Assembly (NCBI RefSeq): GCF_006345805.1 | Contig: NW_021836316.1 | Span: 3,515 to 67,514 of the forward strand | Origin: Octopus sinensis | Lineage: Eukaryota | DNA length: 64,000 nt | Reading direction: 5' to 3' | Shown: positions 42,176-58,396 of the stretch, piece by piece | How positions within the stretch are numbered: position 1 is the stretch's first letter | Layout of the letters: every line of letters starts with the position of its first letter | Position numbers and translations under genes: made by a program | The notes under the pieces: model-generated | What the model was told of the DNA's origin: nothing | The model's input: only the letters and a program-made list of their open reading frames with translations | Databases searched by the model: none

Positions 42176-42590
42176 GGCGGCAAGCTGGCAGAAGCGTTAG
42201 AATGCGGGGCGAAAAGATTTGCGGTATTTCGTCTGCCGTTACGTTCTGAGTTCAAATTCGCGCAAGGTCGACTTTGCCTTTCACCCTTTCGGGGTCGATT
42301 AAATAAGTACCAGTTACGCACTGGGGTCGATATAATCGACTTAATCCGTTTGTTTCCCCTTGTTTGTCCCCTCTGTGTTTAGCCCCTTGTGGGTAGTAAA
42401 GAAATAGGTATTTCATATGCCGCTACGTTCTGGGTTCAAATTCCCCGAGGTGGACTTTACCTTTCATCCTTTCGGGGTCGATAAATTAAGTACCAGTAAC
42501 GCACTGTGGTCGATATAATCGTCTTAATCCCATTGGCAGTCCTTGTTTGTCCCCTCTATGTTTATCTCCTTGTGGGCAATAAAGAAATAA
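42176..42590 (+). mobile_element. SINE family A dimer
   Basis: Head GGCGGCAAGCTGGCAG, junction GAAATAG|GTATTTC at ~42407. Confidence 0.88.
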
Positions 42591-43529
42591 GAAACACAAA
42601 GGACAGAAGAAGAACTCATACTCACAAAGCCATCTCAGTCGAGAATTCACGTGGAGTCGAGAATTATCTGAACAAATCGTTCAATACACTAATTGCTTGA
42701 AAGCAGAAGATCCATGTACAATTTAAGAACAGAGTCAATGTACAAGTTGTAAAATACTTAAATGTATCAGCTGCTCTGCTGATTGTTGTGTTGGAAGTAG
42801 TAAAAAGATGGCTCAGCCTCTTGCAGGTGGAAGTAGTTGAAGACTCCGTCGTGATGCTTCAGGCTTTATTTTTCATGTCTGGAGAAAAATTACAGTTGTA
42901 AGTCAATGCTAACATTGAGATAAATGAAACTTTAAAATTCTACCTTATATAGTACATTCATTATTGTTAGTCATAAAAGTGCTTAGTGTTTACATCGTGT
43001 GATAGATGGAAAGATGTGATGTACATATTTTGCCGATGGTGATTGGAGATAATTGAACGGAAGGAAATCACACTAAGTAGGAAATAAAACCGTTTTGGAA
43101 CTGCCACTTTAAAGAAATAATGATGTCTTTTGAGAGGGAAGTAAATACTCTTCTCGCTAACGGAGAACGTAGTCGTCACTATATTACTGATATTCATTTA
43201 TTTACATATGAAATACTGGAATCCATAATTAGCGCTTCTAGAAACTAAAGACACGGAAGCAGAAAGTTTGTAGCAATATCTCTCCTGTCATCTCACTACA
43301 CTTAAAGCAGTGGAAGTCGTTGTTTTCTTACGAAATGAAAGAGGTCATATGATAAGTAGGAAAGAAATATGCTGATTGACTCATCCAGATACAGGATTTG
43401 TTTCATGAATCTAAGGATTTGTAACACTAATTTGTAATTTCACCTTTCGCATCGTTCAAACCCTGCACGGCGAATCTCCTTTCGGAAGAGAAGCTAATTT
43501 TTCATTGCTCGATCATTTGAACAATCTAT

Positions 43530-43890
43530 AATCTTATTTCTTTTCTACCCACAAGGGGTTAAACACAGAGAGGAGAGGACAAACAAGGACAGACAAACAG
43601 ATAAAGTCGATTATATCGATGCCAGTGCGTAACTGGTACTTATTTAATCAACCCCGAAATTATGAAAGGCAAAGTCGATCTCAGCGGAATTCGAACTCAG
43701 AACGTAGCGGCGGACGAAATACCTATTTCTTTACTACTCACAAGGGGCTAAACACAGAGAGAACAAACAAGGACAGACAAACGGATTAAGTCGATTATAT
43801 CAACTCCAGTGCGTAACTGGTACTTATTTAATCGACCTGACATTTTGGGGGAGGGGGCCAGTCGATTAGATCGGCCCCAGTACGCAACGT
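43530..43890 (-). mobile_element. SINE family A multimer (headless)
   Basis: Junction GACGAAATAC|CTATTTC at ~43722, plus an alternative-tail piece at 43840-43890. Confidence 0.85.
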
Positions 43891-44364
43891 TATCAGAGAC
43901 GTTATTGATTGTCAGAGTGAACAGCAATCTTAAGATGAAATATTTTAAACTGGGAACTGAAAAAACATCGTAGATCAAGTTGGACGTCATCTTATAAATA
44001 TCGTAATAAATATGGGAAAGTGTATTTTTATCAGGAGAGTACGAACATTTTCCATGAGGTGAGTATATTATACGCTTATTGAAAGCCGATTCGTTATCAG
44101 GCTAATTCATTTTGTACAAATGAATGCAAGCATCAAGTGAAAAAAAATCTCATGAATTTATCGGACATCTCATAAATAGAAAAGCTGCGACATATATATT
44201 GCAGGGGATTAACAGATCGACAGGAATGCCAAATGTCACGAAGATGAGGTCATGCATTTTCGTTGACAAGATAAGCATCGATATTATTATTTTGAGTTGT
44301 GTTTAGGAAATCAAAAATACAAGTAGTAGCAGTTAATTGCATTTGGAGTTCATTTCCTCAGCGT

Positions 44365-46160
<1,796 letters not shown>

Positions 46161-46875
46161 GTATGTCTATCTGTACGTATGTATTCATCTAGTTTTGTAC
46201 CATTACTGTGATCAGAGTCAGTGGGGAATTTGTTGCTAAATAATGACGATGTGAATTTATCACCCGTTTTACCCTAACAAATAAATCAATGATTGTCACA
46301 TGGGTGGAATCATGATTTTAAAAAAATTATTTTCTCTTTATTTTCTCTTTACAGTTTTTCATTCCCTACTGCGTTCCTACCGTCACCAATAGTTTCTGTT
46401 TACTATTTGTTCTTTCTACAATTCATTTGTGTTATAGACATTTTCTCCAAAATATCAGGCCTCTCTCACATTTGAACAATATGAGAGGCCTATCCTTTGT
46501 GGTATTATTTTAGACTTTCTCAACCCTCGATTCTTGACTAGATTTGTGATTAAAACTATCAGAAACAGGATGCCATTTCTTGTTGTTTAATTGTATATTG
46601 ACACTGTAATGTGCCTTTTTAAAATAAAACGGTTGAATGTGACACGAAAAAGATTTTTACACGCTTTTTTACTTGGCCTGGTGCCCAAATGGAAACCCCA
46701 CCATTTTGCTTTTGTGATTGTTGTCGGTGTATTTATGTTTTTGCAATGTGATAGGAGAATGTTGATAAAGGTATTTCAACACTGATAATAGCATTTGTTA
46801 GACATTTTTAAGACTACATTAACCAGTATCCTATTTTCAAGACGTGAAAGTGTTGTATGATATTTAGCTGCTATT

Positions 46876-47293
46876 ACGTATTTCTTTATTGCCCACAAGG
46901 AGCTAAACATAGAGAAGTCAAACAAGGACAGACAAAGGGATTACGTCGATTACATCGACCCCAGTGCGTAACTAGTACTTAGTTTATCGACCCCGAAAGT
47001 ATAGCAGGCAAAGTCGACTTCGGCAGAATTTGAATTCAGAACATAACGGCAAACGAAACAGCTATTTCTTTACTACCCACAAGGGGCTAAACACAGAGGG
47101 GACAAACAAGGGCAGACAAACGGATTAAGTCGATTACATCGACTCCAGTGCGTTACTGGTACTTATTTAATCGACCCCGAAAGGATGAAAGGCAAAGTCG
47201 ACCTCGGTGGAATTTGAACTCAGAACGTAACGGTTGACGGAATACTGCTAAGCACTTCGCTCGGCGTGCTAACGTTTCTGCCAGCTCACCGCC
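46876..47293 (-). mobile_element. SINE family A dimer bounded by a single TSD
   Basis: TSD ATTTA(G/A)CTGCTATT at 46862-46875 and 47294-47307; internal junction at ~47061. Confidence 0.92.
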
Positions 47294-47958
47294 ATTTAAC
47301 TGCTATTTCTACCATATAAAGGCATCCTGGTTTAATGAATCAGCATCAAAAAAACACATATCCTTCGGTAGACTTAGTTTCTGGTCAGATTTCCATTATT
47401 CGTTTGCTCTTACATTTTTAGGAGGTGTATAAAAACAGTAGTATTGCCCTTTCTACGCATCTACCATTGTATAAATGGTTGTAATAATACCATTTTACTG
47501 CGTTATTTCCATAACATAAGACATACAAATTTGTGCTATATTTTTGCAACCAGCATCGCCAGTTCGGTGAATTATCTTAGACGACTTACATTTCATGCAT
47601 TGTACGTGTCGAAATTTTAGTTGGAGAGTCCGCAATGGAATTCTTATTATTTTTGTTTTCTTTTGCTTTTTATTTCTTTAAATCAAAACTGACATCTTGT
47701 TGGCTATAAGCGTTTCCGAAAAAATTAGACTGAAGTATCGACTCTTGTTCTTAACTGGTACTCTGTATCTTTGGTTATTTAAATTAAACTTCTACTGGAC
47801 CTGTAGGAGAGCCTTCTAAACATGTGAGGTCTGCCGGGCGATTTCAGTTTCGTGGAGCCAATCCATATTCTTGCACGTGACCAGCTAATTTATTTTAATG
47901 AGAGAGAGAGAGAGAGAAAGAAAGAAAAAAGACGGGGGGAGAGATGGAGAAGTGGGGA

Positions 47959-48142
47959 TGAAAGAAGAAGACGACGACGACGACGACGAAGAAGAAGAAG
48001 AAGAAGAAGAAGAAGAAGAAGAAGAAGAAGAAGAAGAAGAAGAAGAAGAAGAAGAAGAAGAAGAAGATGAAGAAGAAGAAGAAGAAGAAGAAGAAGAAGA
48101 TGAAGAAGAAGAAGATGAAGAAGACGAAGAAGAAGAAGAAGA
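47959..48142. repeat. (GAA)n with (GAC)/(GAT) variants
   Basis: Direct reading. Confidence 0.95.
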
Positions 48143-48764
48143 GCCCTGGTATTTAATTTATAAACCCTAGAAGGATTTAAGGCGAATTTGACATCGGTGT
48201 AATTTCCACTCTGATTACAATCAACCGGAAGATATTCCACAAGGGCAGTCTATCTAATGCTCTAACGACCCTGCTAATTCGCCTCTTCTGAGGGACAATC
48301 ATTTTGTATGAATTATTGGGAATTGAAATGACTTGTGATGCAAACCTGAGCCATAAATTAAGTAGCGGTCAGAGAGAACTCTCTTATAACGAATTGGTTA
48401 GCCTAATTCTTAATTTAGCCAATCATGTATTAAGGAAACGAGAAATCATTGGAAACTGATATGAACTGATGTGTGAAATAAGTCGTCTTTTATCCCCATG
48501 AAATAATAAGTGTTCTTCGAAATAATTTTCTCCGCTAAATTATTTAAAACACACATTCTTTTTCTTTTCTAATTTGACATACATACATCTTAATTGTTAA
48601 ATAGTGTTCAATTTCAATGTCATCTGGCTCAGTGTGTTTACACCCTATTGTCTACAGCGGAAACTTTTTCTGGCAAAATTCAGTGGATGGATTTCTTACG
48701 GGTTGGAATATGCTCAAAGCATATTCGGGGTAGTAAAAATTTTGTATTTATACACGTCACTGCT

Positions 48765-48971
48765 TACATATATTCTTTCCTTCTTTCCTTTTTTTCCCCT
48801 CCGTCTTCCCTACTTTGGATTTTTCCTTTTCCTATGTTTTTGACGAAGAGCTCCGCTCGAAACGTTAAACCTTCCTTCTTTCCTTCTTTCCGGAGCGTCT
48901 AATAACACTATACTTGTTCCACGTTCTCGCGTTGTTGTGTTTTCTCTTTGTGCTTTCATGTTTGGATTAAC
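48765..48971 (+). mobile_element. Short hammerhead-bearing repeat (PLE-terminus-like) ending at (TA)n
   Basis: Homologous to the minus copy at 62838-63020 and to termini at 53840 and 54321. Ends GGATTAAC|TATATA. Confidence 0.75.
48836..48870 (+). ncRNA. Minimal hammerhead-like motif (C3 changed to U)
   Basis: GTTT-TTGACGA-A-GAGC(TCC)GCTC-GAAACGT-T-AAAC, with palindromic ACGT. Confidence 0.5.
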
Positions 48972-49859
48972 TATATATATCTGTACATACATAAACATGT
49001 ATGTATATATATATATATTTATACATACATAGATACATACATAAAAGTATGTTTGTGAGTGTGTATTTCGTGTGTGTGTGTTTATATATAATGTACTGTT
49101 TCATGATGGTAAGATCACCAAAACGCACTCCATATGCTGAGAGATGAATATTATTCAATAGACACATAAAAACATGTATTACATGTTTTTACATGTTTTT
49201 ATGTGCTACTACATGTTTTTATGTGCTACTAATAAATCCATATGTTGAGAAATACCCCAAACCTTTTCACCACATATAACGAACTAAGCATTGACTGGAA
49301 GAAGGAACGCGAAAAGTCGAGAAGGAAGCATATTGAAAACGTGTAATGTTTAAAAACGGAAAACGGAAAACGATGAAGTAAAAATTAATGAAAGTAAAAG
49401 AGCTATCTTCCTTAGGCCTTGAATGATAAGGCTGGATAGATATCAACAAGCTATTCACGTGTGGGCGGGAATTTCTAATTTACAACCGCAGAAATGTATA
49501 CGAAGCAAGCCAGGTGTATGCAGCTTCTATACACGTTATATGTCTTCACTAAAGCAAAAAATATTACAATTTGATCTATTTTCCATATACTGAATTTCAT
49601 GTGTATATTTCATTGCTAAATTGAACTTATTTCATGCGGTCTCACTGATAAAGAAGGGTAGCTCTCTATTTAAGTTCTGTTTCAAGTATGAAATAAGAAA
49701 CAATACCAATATCTATCTTTGTACGTGTATGTTCTTGTCTGCCAATTTGTTTCTGTATGGCGAATTCTGTCAGTCTCTGTCGCTTTCTCTTTCTTTCTCC
49801 CTCTCACTTTTCACATACACACACACATATGCACACGTACATGTATGTATATATGAATG

Positions 49860-49919
<60 letters not shown>

Positions 49920-51216
49920 AATCTCTCTATCAATCTATCTCTCTATACATATACATATATGGAGAGAGAGAGAGAGGTACAGAGAGAGAGAGAGAGGAGA
50001 GGTACAGAGAGAGAGAGAGATTGAGGTACAGAGAGAGAGAGAGAGAGAGAGAGAGCTAGGGAGAGAGATTTATGCGTGTGTCTGTATGAAGAAAAATTAG
50101 AGACAACGAGACAGACATTGTTTTGGATGAAAACCCATCACAAGAATTAAAAAATTAAATCTAGTCTTATAATTAAATGAAAACATCTTCTATTGCTCAA
50201 ACTAATCTGTTTCATAAGAACTGAGGCAATCTCGTGATTTCGCAAAGTGCTAATAGACATTTGATTGAATCCTGTACTTACAAATTGTAGGGAATGCTGC
50301 AACAAATGGTGCAAGCGAAAAATAGATAGCGCAGCTGTGTAATCAGCAGATTGAAAGAACTGAAGACAGTTATTGAAGGAAGCGTGTTGCCAATTAGGAA
50401 AATTACAATGAAGATGGTTTAGAATATGATCCTGGGATCCATAATAAACAGTCAGTAATGTCAGAATGACAACTCCCTAAAATAATTACAGTTAAATTTC
50501 TATTCTGCTTGTAACATCTGCGGAAACACACTCGATTCTTGAGCGGTTAATAAATAGACAGGTTTCTTAAGTGATTATCTCCAACGTGTTACGTGAATTC
50601 GAAACTGTAAAATTTAATTGCCTATGCCTTTGCCAGAATTACGTTGCATGTATGTAATCGATCATTTTCAAATAATTTCATTTTATCTGACATCTTCTGC
50701 AAAATAGCGAAACTTCTGTGGCTCTAAATCACAATGATGTTCGCAAAATTCGTTTTACAAGTCTATATTCTACAGACATTGTTATACTGCTGTCGTTGTT
50801 GCTTCTGTTCTTGTTTTGGTCAGTATTTTTGTATCATTTTGGGTTGTATTTGTTGATATTTATTTGAAACCTAGATAGATGCAGTTCGATTTGCATTCTA
50901 GTAAGAATGACATGTGCAAAATTTCTCCGTCACGCATTATAAACGACGAGCTATCAAATTCTAATGTGGTCAAAATAAACTACCTTATTTCTATGTATCG
51001 GTGACACATTTTACTGTATGAGAAACAACATAATCTGTATAAGCAGCATAATCACTAAAAATATTCCTATCTTTCTTTCATTTTATCATCCACTTTCAAG
51101 AGATATTGGATTCTTGCAGTGAAAAACCTGAGAACTTTCCTCCGTTTATATTGAAAACTGCAACAAATTTCAACGCATTTGCATTACGTATTTCGAATAT
51201 AAGAACAAACCAGTAA

Positions 51217-51447
51217 AGCGGCAAGCTGGCACAATCGTTAACACGCCGGGCGAAATGCGTAGCCCTATTTCGTCTGCCGTTACGTTCTGAGTTCAAATTC
51301 CGCCGAAGTCGACTTTGCCTTTCATCCTTTTGGGGTTGATAAATTAAGTACCAGTTACGCACTAGGGTCGATGTAATCGACTTAATCCGTTTGTCTGTCC
51401 TTGTTTGTTCCCTCTGTAGTTAGCCCCTTGTGGGTAGTAAAGAAATA
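51217..51447 (+). mobile_element. SINE family A monomer
   Basis: Full head and body. Degenerate TSD ATAAGA(A/T)CA(A/G)ACCAGT on both flanks. Confidence 0.9.
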
Positions 51448-52220
51448 TATAAGATCAGACCAGTTTACTCTGAATATCTCAGTTTAAACGATTCAATTGT
51501 TTGGATTCTTGCTGTTCTCTGTACATCCCAAGAATCATTATCTCTTTGGTAGGCATAAGCATGTATCAGCAACTAATATTGTGTTTTAATGATTCTTATA
51601 AATAACAACTTGCACACTCTTGCAACATTCATTGACCCGACGTCGCATCTTCAATTGAGGCAATTGCGCAATGAGTTCGAAACACAGTTTATGCCTCAAA
51701 GTCTTCTTAAAACGGTAACACGCATGCGCTACGGACACACGTCCTCTAAAATGAGGAGGTGTTCTCCTATGACGAAGAAGAACAGATCTGAAATTCCCGT
51801 TCGAAAACATCAGAAGCCATATTCTCTCAAATTGTTTGCATTAAAATTCTCAAAGCACATATTAATGAAGATTGTTTGAACTGTCTCCTACCCAGGATGT
51901 CAAGACCAAATTTTCTCTTTCATTACACACCAGCGATGGGTCAAACCCAAACAATTTGTCAAAACAGTCTTCATAACTATTAAAATTATCGATGCCTCAT
52001 GTTTATTAATGGCCACCGCCATAGACCATCTCCAGTCTAGTATATTGTTTTTGTTGTTTCGGGTTGCATTATTTCGTAACACCACCAGGCAGTTGAATAT
52101 TCTACATATACAATAGTACTGGAAATACATTTGACGAACCTCTTAATCTCTCTCTTCCCCCATTACCATCTCTTTTTCTCTCTTTCTCTATCTCTCACAT
52201 TCACGAACCCACACGCATAT

Positions 52221-52285
52221 GCCTGGAATCGAACTCGGAATCTTGGAGTTAGTAACCGCGCTCTTAACCACTACACCATATGCCC
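52221..52285 (-). mobile_element. Isolated tRNA-like (Pol III promoter) head
   Basis: Minus strand GGGCATATGGTGTAGTGGTTAAGAGCGCG...GAGTTCGATTCCAGGC, with A and B boxes. Confidence 0.75.
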
Positions 52286-52582
52286 GTGGTACAAATATTC
52301 GTCAATTGTAAATAATGTAAATAATATACTTAATTCCTCATCTCTTAAATATTAATATGCATTCAGTTGGTAGTGTTTCGGCCATAGATTCACAGAGAGA
52401 AATAAAAGCAGCTGTGTGGCAAGAAAAACGGTTGGCTATATTTCAATTCAACGCTCCTCTCTACTATAATAATGTTTTTATAGTTCAGATCCGTCCTCTG
52501 TTAATGCAGCAAAAGAAAGTAGAAGGCAGAATTTTGTGGAATGTACTGTGTAGTTGGTCCCCAAACATTTAATAATAATAAC

Positions 52583-52638
<56 letters not shown>

Positions 52639-52689
52639 CATCGAAAAATACCTTAGGAATGAGAACCCATGTTCGAAATTTCCCCAAGG

Positions 52690-52731
52690 CACCTGATGAA
52701 GGCTGGAGAGTATATCAGCCGAAAAGTTGTG
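52690..52731 (+). ncRNA. Minimal hammerhead-like motif (loop III apparently mutated)
   Basis: CAC-CTGATGA-A-GGCTG(GAGAGTATAT)CAGCC-GAAA-AGT-T-GTG. Confidence 0.6.
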
Positions 52732-53492
52732 TTAACAACAAAGAAGATGAGGACAAATATCCGTGAATTGTAAATAATGTAAATAATTTACAGATTTAAT
52801 TGAAATTTTAAGGATACGAATTGCCTCTTTTTTCAGCGTTGATTGTCTGGGTCACTAAAGTGCAATTAAGGATTTTTATTACATGAGCATTTTCACTTGC
52901 AGAAGTTGTTTCGATTTTCGCTGCTCTATGTGTATTCCATGAGTAATTATCTCCTTGACAAACAGAAGCGTGCATCAGCGACTAATATTGTTTTTACTGA
53001 TTTCTATAATAAAGAGCTTGCGTTCTTGAAAGATTCATCGTTCTGGAATCGCTACTTAGACTGAGGCGACGTAAAACGAGTTCAAAACACGGTGTTGTAT
53101 CAAATTCCCCTTGAAGTGGTGATTCGTATGTGCTATAAACATACGTTGTCTAAAGTGCTGTCTGATGATAAAAAGCAACCGCATTCATAATATCCCATTC
53201 CAAATTTTCGGACGTATGAAAAATAGATACCTTGTATTCTTGTTGTTCTGAATGTCCCCATGAATTTATATCATAACATTATAATCGAAGTTATTTTGGC
53301 TGTCATTAATGACTTTCCTCCGGGTATCTCATGACACATGACACTTAGTGTATATAATCCAGTAGTAGTTGGTAGCCTTCTTATATGTTGACACGAGAAA
53401 CTTAGAAATATTGAAACTTGTATGTGTGTATATGTATGTGTGTATGTATGTATGTATGTAGTATGTATGTATGTAGTATGTATGTATGTATG

Positions 53493-53570
<78 letters not shown>

Positions 53571-53572
<2 letters not shown>

Positions 53573-53897
53573 AGCGCTGATGACGGAATTCAAACTCCCC
53601 TTTTTTTATATGTTTGTGATCCAGAAACACCGTGTTCGCTATTAACGGTAAGTGACTGAATTCGTATATTGCCACTCCGGTTTTGTGTATGTGAGCCGCA
53701 AGGGCATTCGTTTTGGGAATCTCCACTTATAGAAATGGAAAAAACGGTCTTTGACTGCCATTTCTAATTCCTTCGGTATGAGGCGAAACAGCTTGCTGCT
53801 AGCCAACTTATTTTTCTTTACTATATATATATATATATAGTTAATCCAAACATGAAAACACAACAACGCGAGGACGTGGAATATATATATATATATA

Positions 53898-53930
<33 letters not shown>

Positions 53931-53970
53931 ACGTGGAATATATATATATATAGATATATATATATATATC

Positions 53971-54040
<70 letters not shown>

Positions 54041-54359
54041 GTATATATATAAGCGCTGATGAGGAATTCAAACTCCCCTTTTTTTATATGTTTGTGATCC
54101 AGAAACACCGTGTTCGCTATTAACGGTAAGTGACTGAATTCGTATATTTGCCACTCCGGTTTTGTGTATGTGAGCCGCAAGGGCCTTCGTTTTGGGAATC
54201 TCCACTTATAGAAATGGAAAAAACGGTCTTTGACTGCCATTTCTAATTCCTTCGGTATGAGGCGAAACAGCTTGCTGCTAGCCAACTTATTTTTCTTTAC
54301 TATATATATATATATATATAGTTAATCCAAACATGAAAACACAACAACGCGAGGACGTG

Positions 54360-54361
<2 letters not shown>
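53571..54361. repeat. Tandem duplication of a ~310-bp segment (53571-53881, 54050-54361) separated and bounded by (TA)n
   Basis: The two copies differ at only a few positions (GATGACGG/GATGAGG, TATTG/TATTTG, GCATT/GCCTT). Confidence 0.92.
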
Positions 54362-54411
<50 letters not shown>

Positions 54412-54880
54412 ACGTGGAATATATATATATATTATATATATATATATATTTCTATATATGGGCCAACAAGCGAAACAATCTGCCCTAACACTCCGTATTA
54501 TATAAAATACGTTCAACCAACAACGATTCAAACATATTTTTCGTCTCTCTCAAAGATAAAGTTGAATGGAACGAAACTACAGCATAATCTCCGGTTTTGA
54601 ATATAGATTCTTTTGTCTTTGAGATCATAAGTAAACATTAGAAAACTGACGGCATATGAGGAGGCGAAAAAGAGCTTCATGTTCAACAACTTAAATATGA
54701 AAGCAATCTTTGTCAATGTTGGAGTAGTGATCTTTATTAAATAAAGGCCATTATTTTGAAAAGCATCTACTAAAGAAGTATAAGTATGTTCCACTACATC
54801 ACTAGATGCAGTGCAACGTCATTGATTAAAAGGCGAAATCATATATCCTCCATATTATATCTCGTGATACACAGCAGTTT

Positions 54881-55275
54881 GGAGGCGCAATGGCCTAGTG
54901 GTTAGGGCAGCGGACTCGCGGTCATAGGATCGCGGTTTCGATTCCCAGACCGGGCGTTGTGAGTGTTTATTGAGCGAAAACACCTAAAGCTCCACGAGGC
55001 TCCGGCAGGGGATGGTGGTGATCCCTGCTGTACTCTTTCACCACAACTTTCTCTCACTCTTACTTCCTGTTTCTGTTGTACCTGTATTTCAAAGGGCCGG
55101 CCTTGTCACTCTCTGTGTCACGCTGAATATCCCCGAGAACTACGTTAAGGGTACACGTGTCTGTGGAGTGCTCAGCCACTTACACGTTAATTTCACGAGC
55201 AGGCTGTTCCGTTGATTCGGATCAACCGGAACCCTCATAGTCGTAACCGACGGAGTGCTTCCACAGTGCTTCCAC
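54881..55275 (+). mobile_element. SINE family B, full length
   Basis: TSD ACACAGCAGTTT (54869-54880 / 55276-55287); tail GTGCTTCCACA duplicated. Confidence 0.95.
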
Positions 55276-55966
55276 ACACAGCAGTTTCTTATGTCATCAA
55301 TATTTATACCTAAGACGCCTACTGGTGCTGCACTGTTGCATATTAGGACCCATTCATTTATGCCTTCATGTTTCTAACTGTTCATATCTCCAAAGTTAGT
55401 ACTACAAAGCAAATTATAGAAAATCATTAGTTTTAACAGCGCCAATAAAACATTTCAGTTTGAAGAACATATTTTATGAGTTATTTCCCTTGTCATATAC
55501 TTCAATATCGATAACGCATTACTGTAAAAGCTGCCGGAAGAAAAAAAGTTGCATATAGTTACTTGTATTAACATAAAATGTTCACATATAAATGGTCTGA
55601 TGATTGTGAAATACTCCCGCGTATGAAACTCGGAGTCACGTTTATACAATTTAATACAAGCACAAACCACACACACACACCACACACACACACACAGACA
55701 CAGACACACACACAAACACACAAATATTAATAGATTAATATGCGAGCTTTGTTTGAAGTTTGATAAAATAAGCTATATTTTCCAATATTTATTTTCTTTG
55801 TGTATCCGTGTACACATGCTTTTGCAATTCTACATCTGTGCGTTCATGTGTAAGCTTTAGTATTCCCTTTCGTTGTATATATCTTTAAAAAGGATGAAAA
55901 TTTTTAGAAAATTAATAAATGGAAATATTGCCGCCTTCTTTTTTTGTTTTTTATTGATAAAAATAA

Positions 55967-55997
<31 letters not shown>

Positions 55998-56289
55998 ACA
56001 TCAATAGAGATACCAACAACAACAAAATCAACAACGATAATAGAACAAATATTCAATCTCTGAAGTTCACTAACATTTATTTATTCCAAATAAAAGACCA
56101 TAAAAAAAAGGAAATAAAAAATAATCCTTCATTCAAAAAATAAAAAAAAAATAAGCAGAAAAAACAAAACAAAAAGTAGTCAAACAAAAATACGTATGTG
56201 TGGGCATGTGGGTGTCTGTATATGTCTATGGATGGATATGTACCTTACATGAATAAAAGCGCGCGCACCCATACACACACTTTTATAAT

Positions 56290-56352
56290 ATATATATATA
56301 TATATATTATATATATGTATGTGTATATATATATATATATAATATTATATAT

Positions 56353-56398
<46 letters not shown>

Positions 56399-56581
56399 GT
56401 ATATATATATATTATGTATATATATATATATGTATATATATGTATATATATATGTATATACGTAAATAGCTAAGTATAACTTGTACATAAATACAATCTC
56501 TCTCCATCACCTCTCATTCCGTCTTTCTCTCCTCATTCTCTTGCTCTCTGTCTCTCGCTCTGTCTATTCTCTCTCTCTCTC

Positions 56582-56643
<62 letters not shown>

Positions 56644-56982
56644 CTGTGTGTGTGTGTGTGTCTGCCTGTGCACATATACAGACATGAAAGTTTTTGGAAT
56701 TTAATAACTATCAGAAAGAATATTTAACATCACTGTTATGTTTAGCAAAATTGGGAAAGCATTCAGAAGTGTACTTGTGCGTTTGGTTTTTTTTAGTGTG
56801 CATAAAATGTAAAGTGTCACACATACATGCTGAAGCACACGCCTGCACATACACAAATAAAACAGCAAAATGTACCTAAACATTTATATATTAATATCTT
56901 CAGAGTTTACTCATTAGATTAGGTCACCATATATTTGCGTATGTCTGTATGTGCGCGTATACCTACATACATACATACATAC

Positions 56983-57014
<32 letters not shown>

Positions 57015-57301
57015 ATTATATATATACATATAACACAACACATATATCTGTGTAGCATATGTATATATTATACATTATATCTTTGATATATATAATATAT
57101 ATATTATTATATATATTATATATATATAAGTATATAATATATACATATAAGTATATATATTATATATATATTATATTATATATATCTTATATATATATAT
57201 AAGTATATATATATAATATATAATTATATATTAATATATATATATATATATAAACACAACATATATCTGTATGCATATGTATATATATACATATATCTTT
57301 G

Positions 57302-57332
<31 letters not shown>

Positions 57333-57354
57333 AAGTATAATAATATATATATAA

Positions 57355-57400
<46 letters not shown>

Positions 57401-57401
57401 A

Positions 57402-57439
<38 letters not shown>

Positions 57440-58355
57440 TAAAACTTACTTGGAAAAGGATTGCGTGGCGTTCGATCATATAATATAAAAATATATAAAT
57501 ATATGCATATATACATACATATATGTACATATCTACATATATATGTATGTACATGCGTACCATATATGCTTGTATATATACATATATGTGTAGGTATGTA
57601 CATATATGTATATACATATATATACTTATATATATATTGTAGGTATGTACATATATGTACGTATATATGCATATATTTATATATTATTTATTTATATTTT
57701 ATTTATATATATATATATATATAATATATATATATTTATGTGTATATATGTAGGTTTGCATGTAACTATGTATGTACACACATCGACAGGCACACTACTT
57801 ATGGAGATATATGTATGCATGGATATGTAAATGATTGTATATCTCTTCTTGGTTTGCAAAAGCGTCTGAGCGTACCTACGAGTGCGTCTCTGCATAGATG
57901 CATATAAGAGCGCATGCGTCTATATGTACAGATACGCCCGCGCGTGTGTGTGGATTGCAATTGTTTATTGTATTTTGCATTGTTTGTAATGGTGATAGTA
58001 GTCGAATAATTTCTTATCTATATACGAATGCACGGAAAGCATGAAAAAAATTTAATGATTAGGCGCACACACACGCAAGCACAAACACACACATATATGT
58101 ATATATATAGAGACAAACACACACACTCACGTATAAATATATACATATATAAACATACACACACACATGTATATATATATATATACATTTATATATATAT
58201 GTACGTATATGTATATGTATAAATATATATATATGCCAACGTATATACTTTGCATAAACTGTTTATAAGCATATATGCATATGTATATTTGTGTGTATAT
58301 GAATTTGATCATAGGAATAACTTTCTATAGGGGTATATATATATTCATACCCAGT

Positions 58356-58396
<41 letters not shown>

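Noticed and set aside
49104-49130. Hammerhead-like TCATGATGGTAAGATCACCAAAACGC
   Set aside because: Both core segments are mutated and there is no stem I, so it is too degenerate to call
52221-52285. Bona fide tRNA gene
   Set aside because: It has A and B boxes but no convincing acceptor stem or cloverleaf; the same applies to all SINE heads
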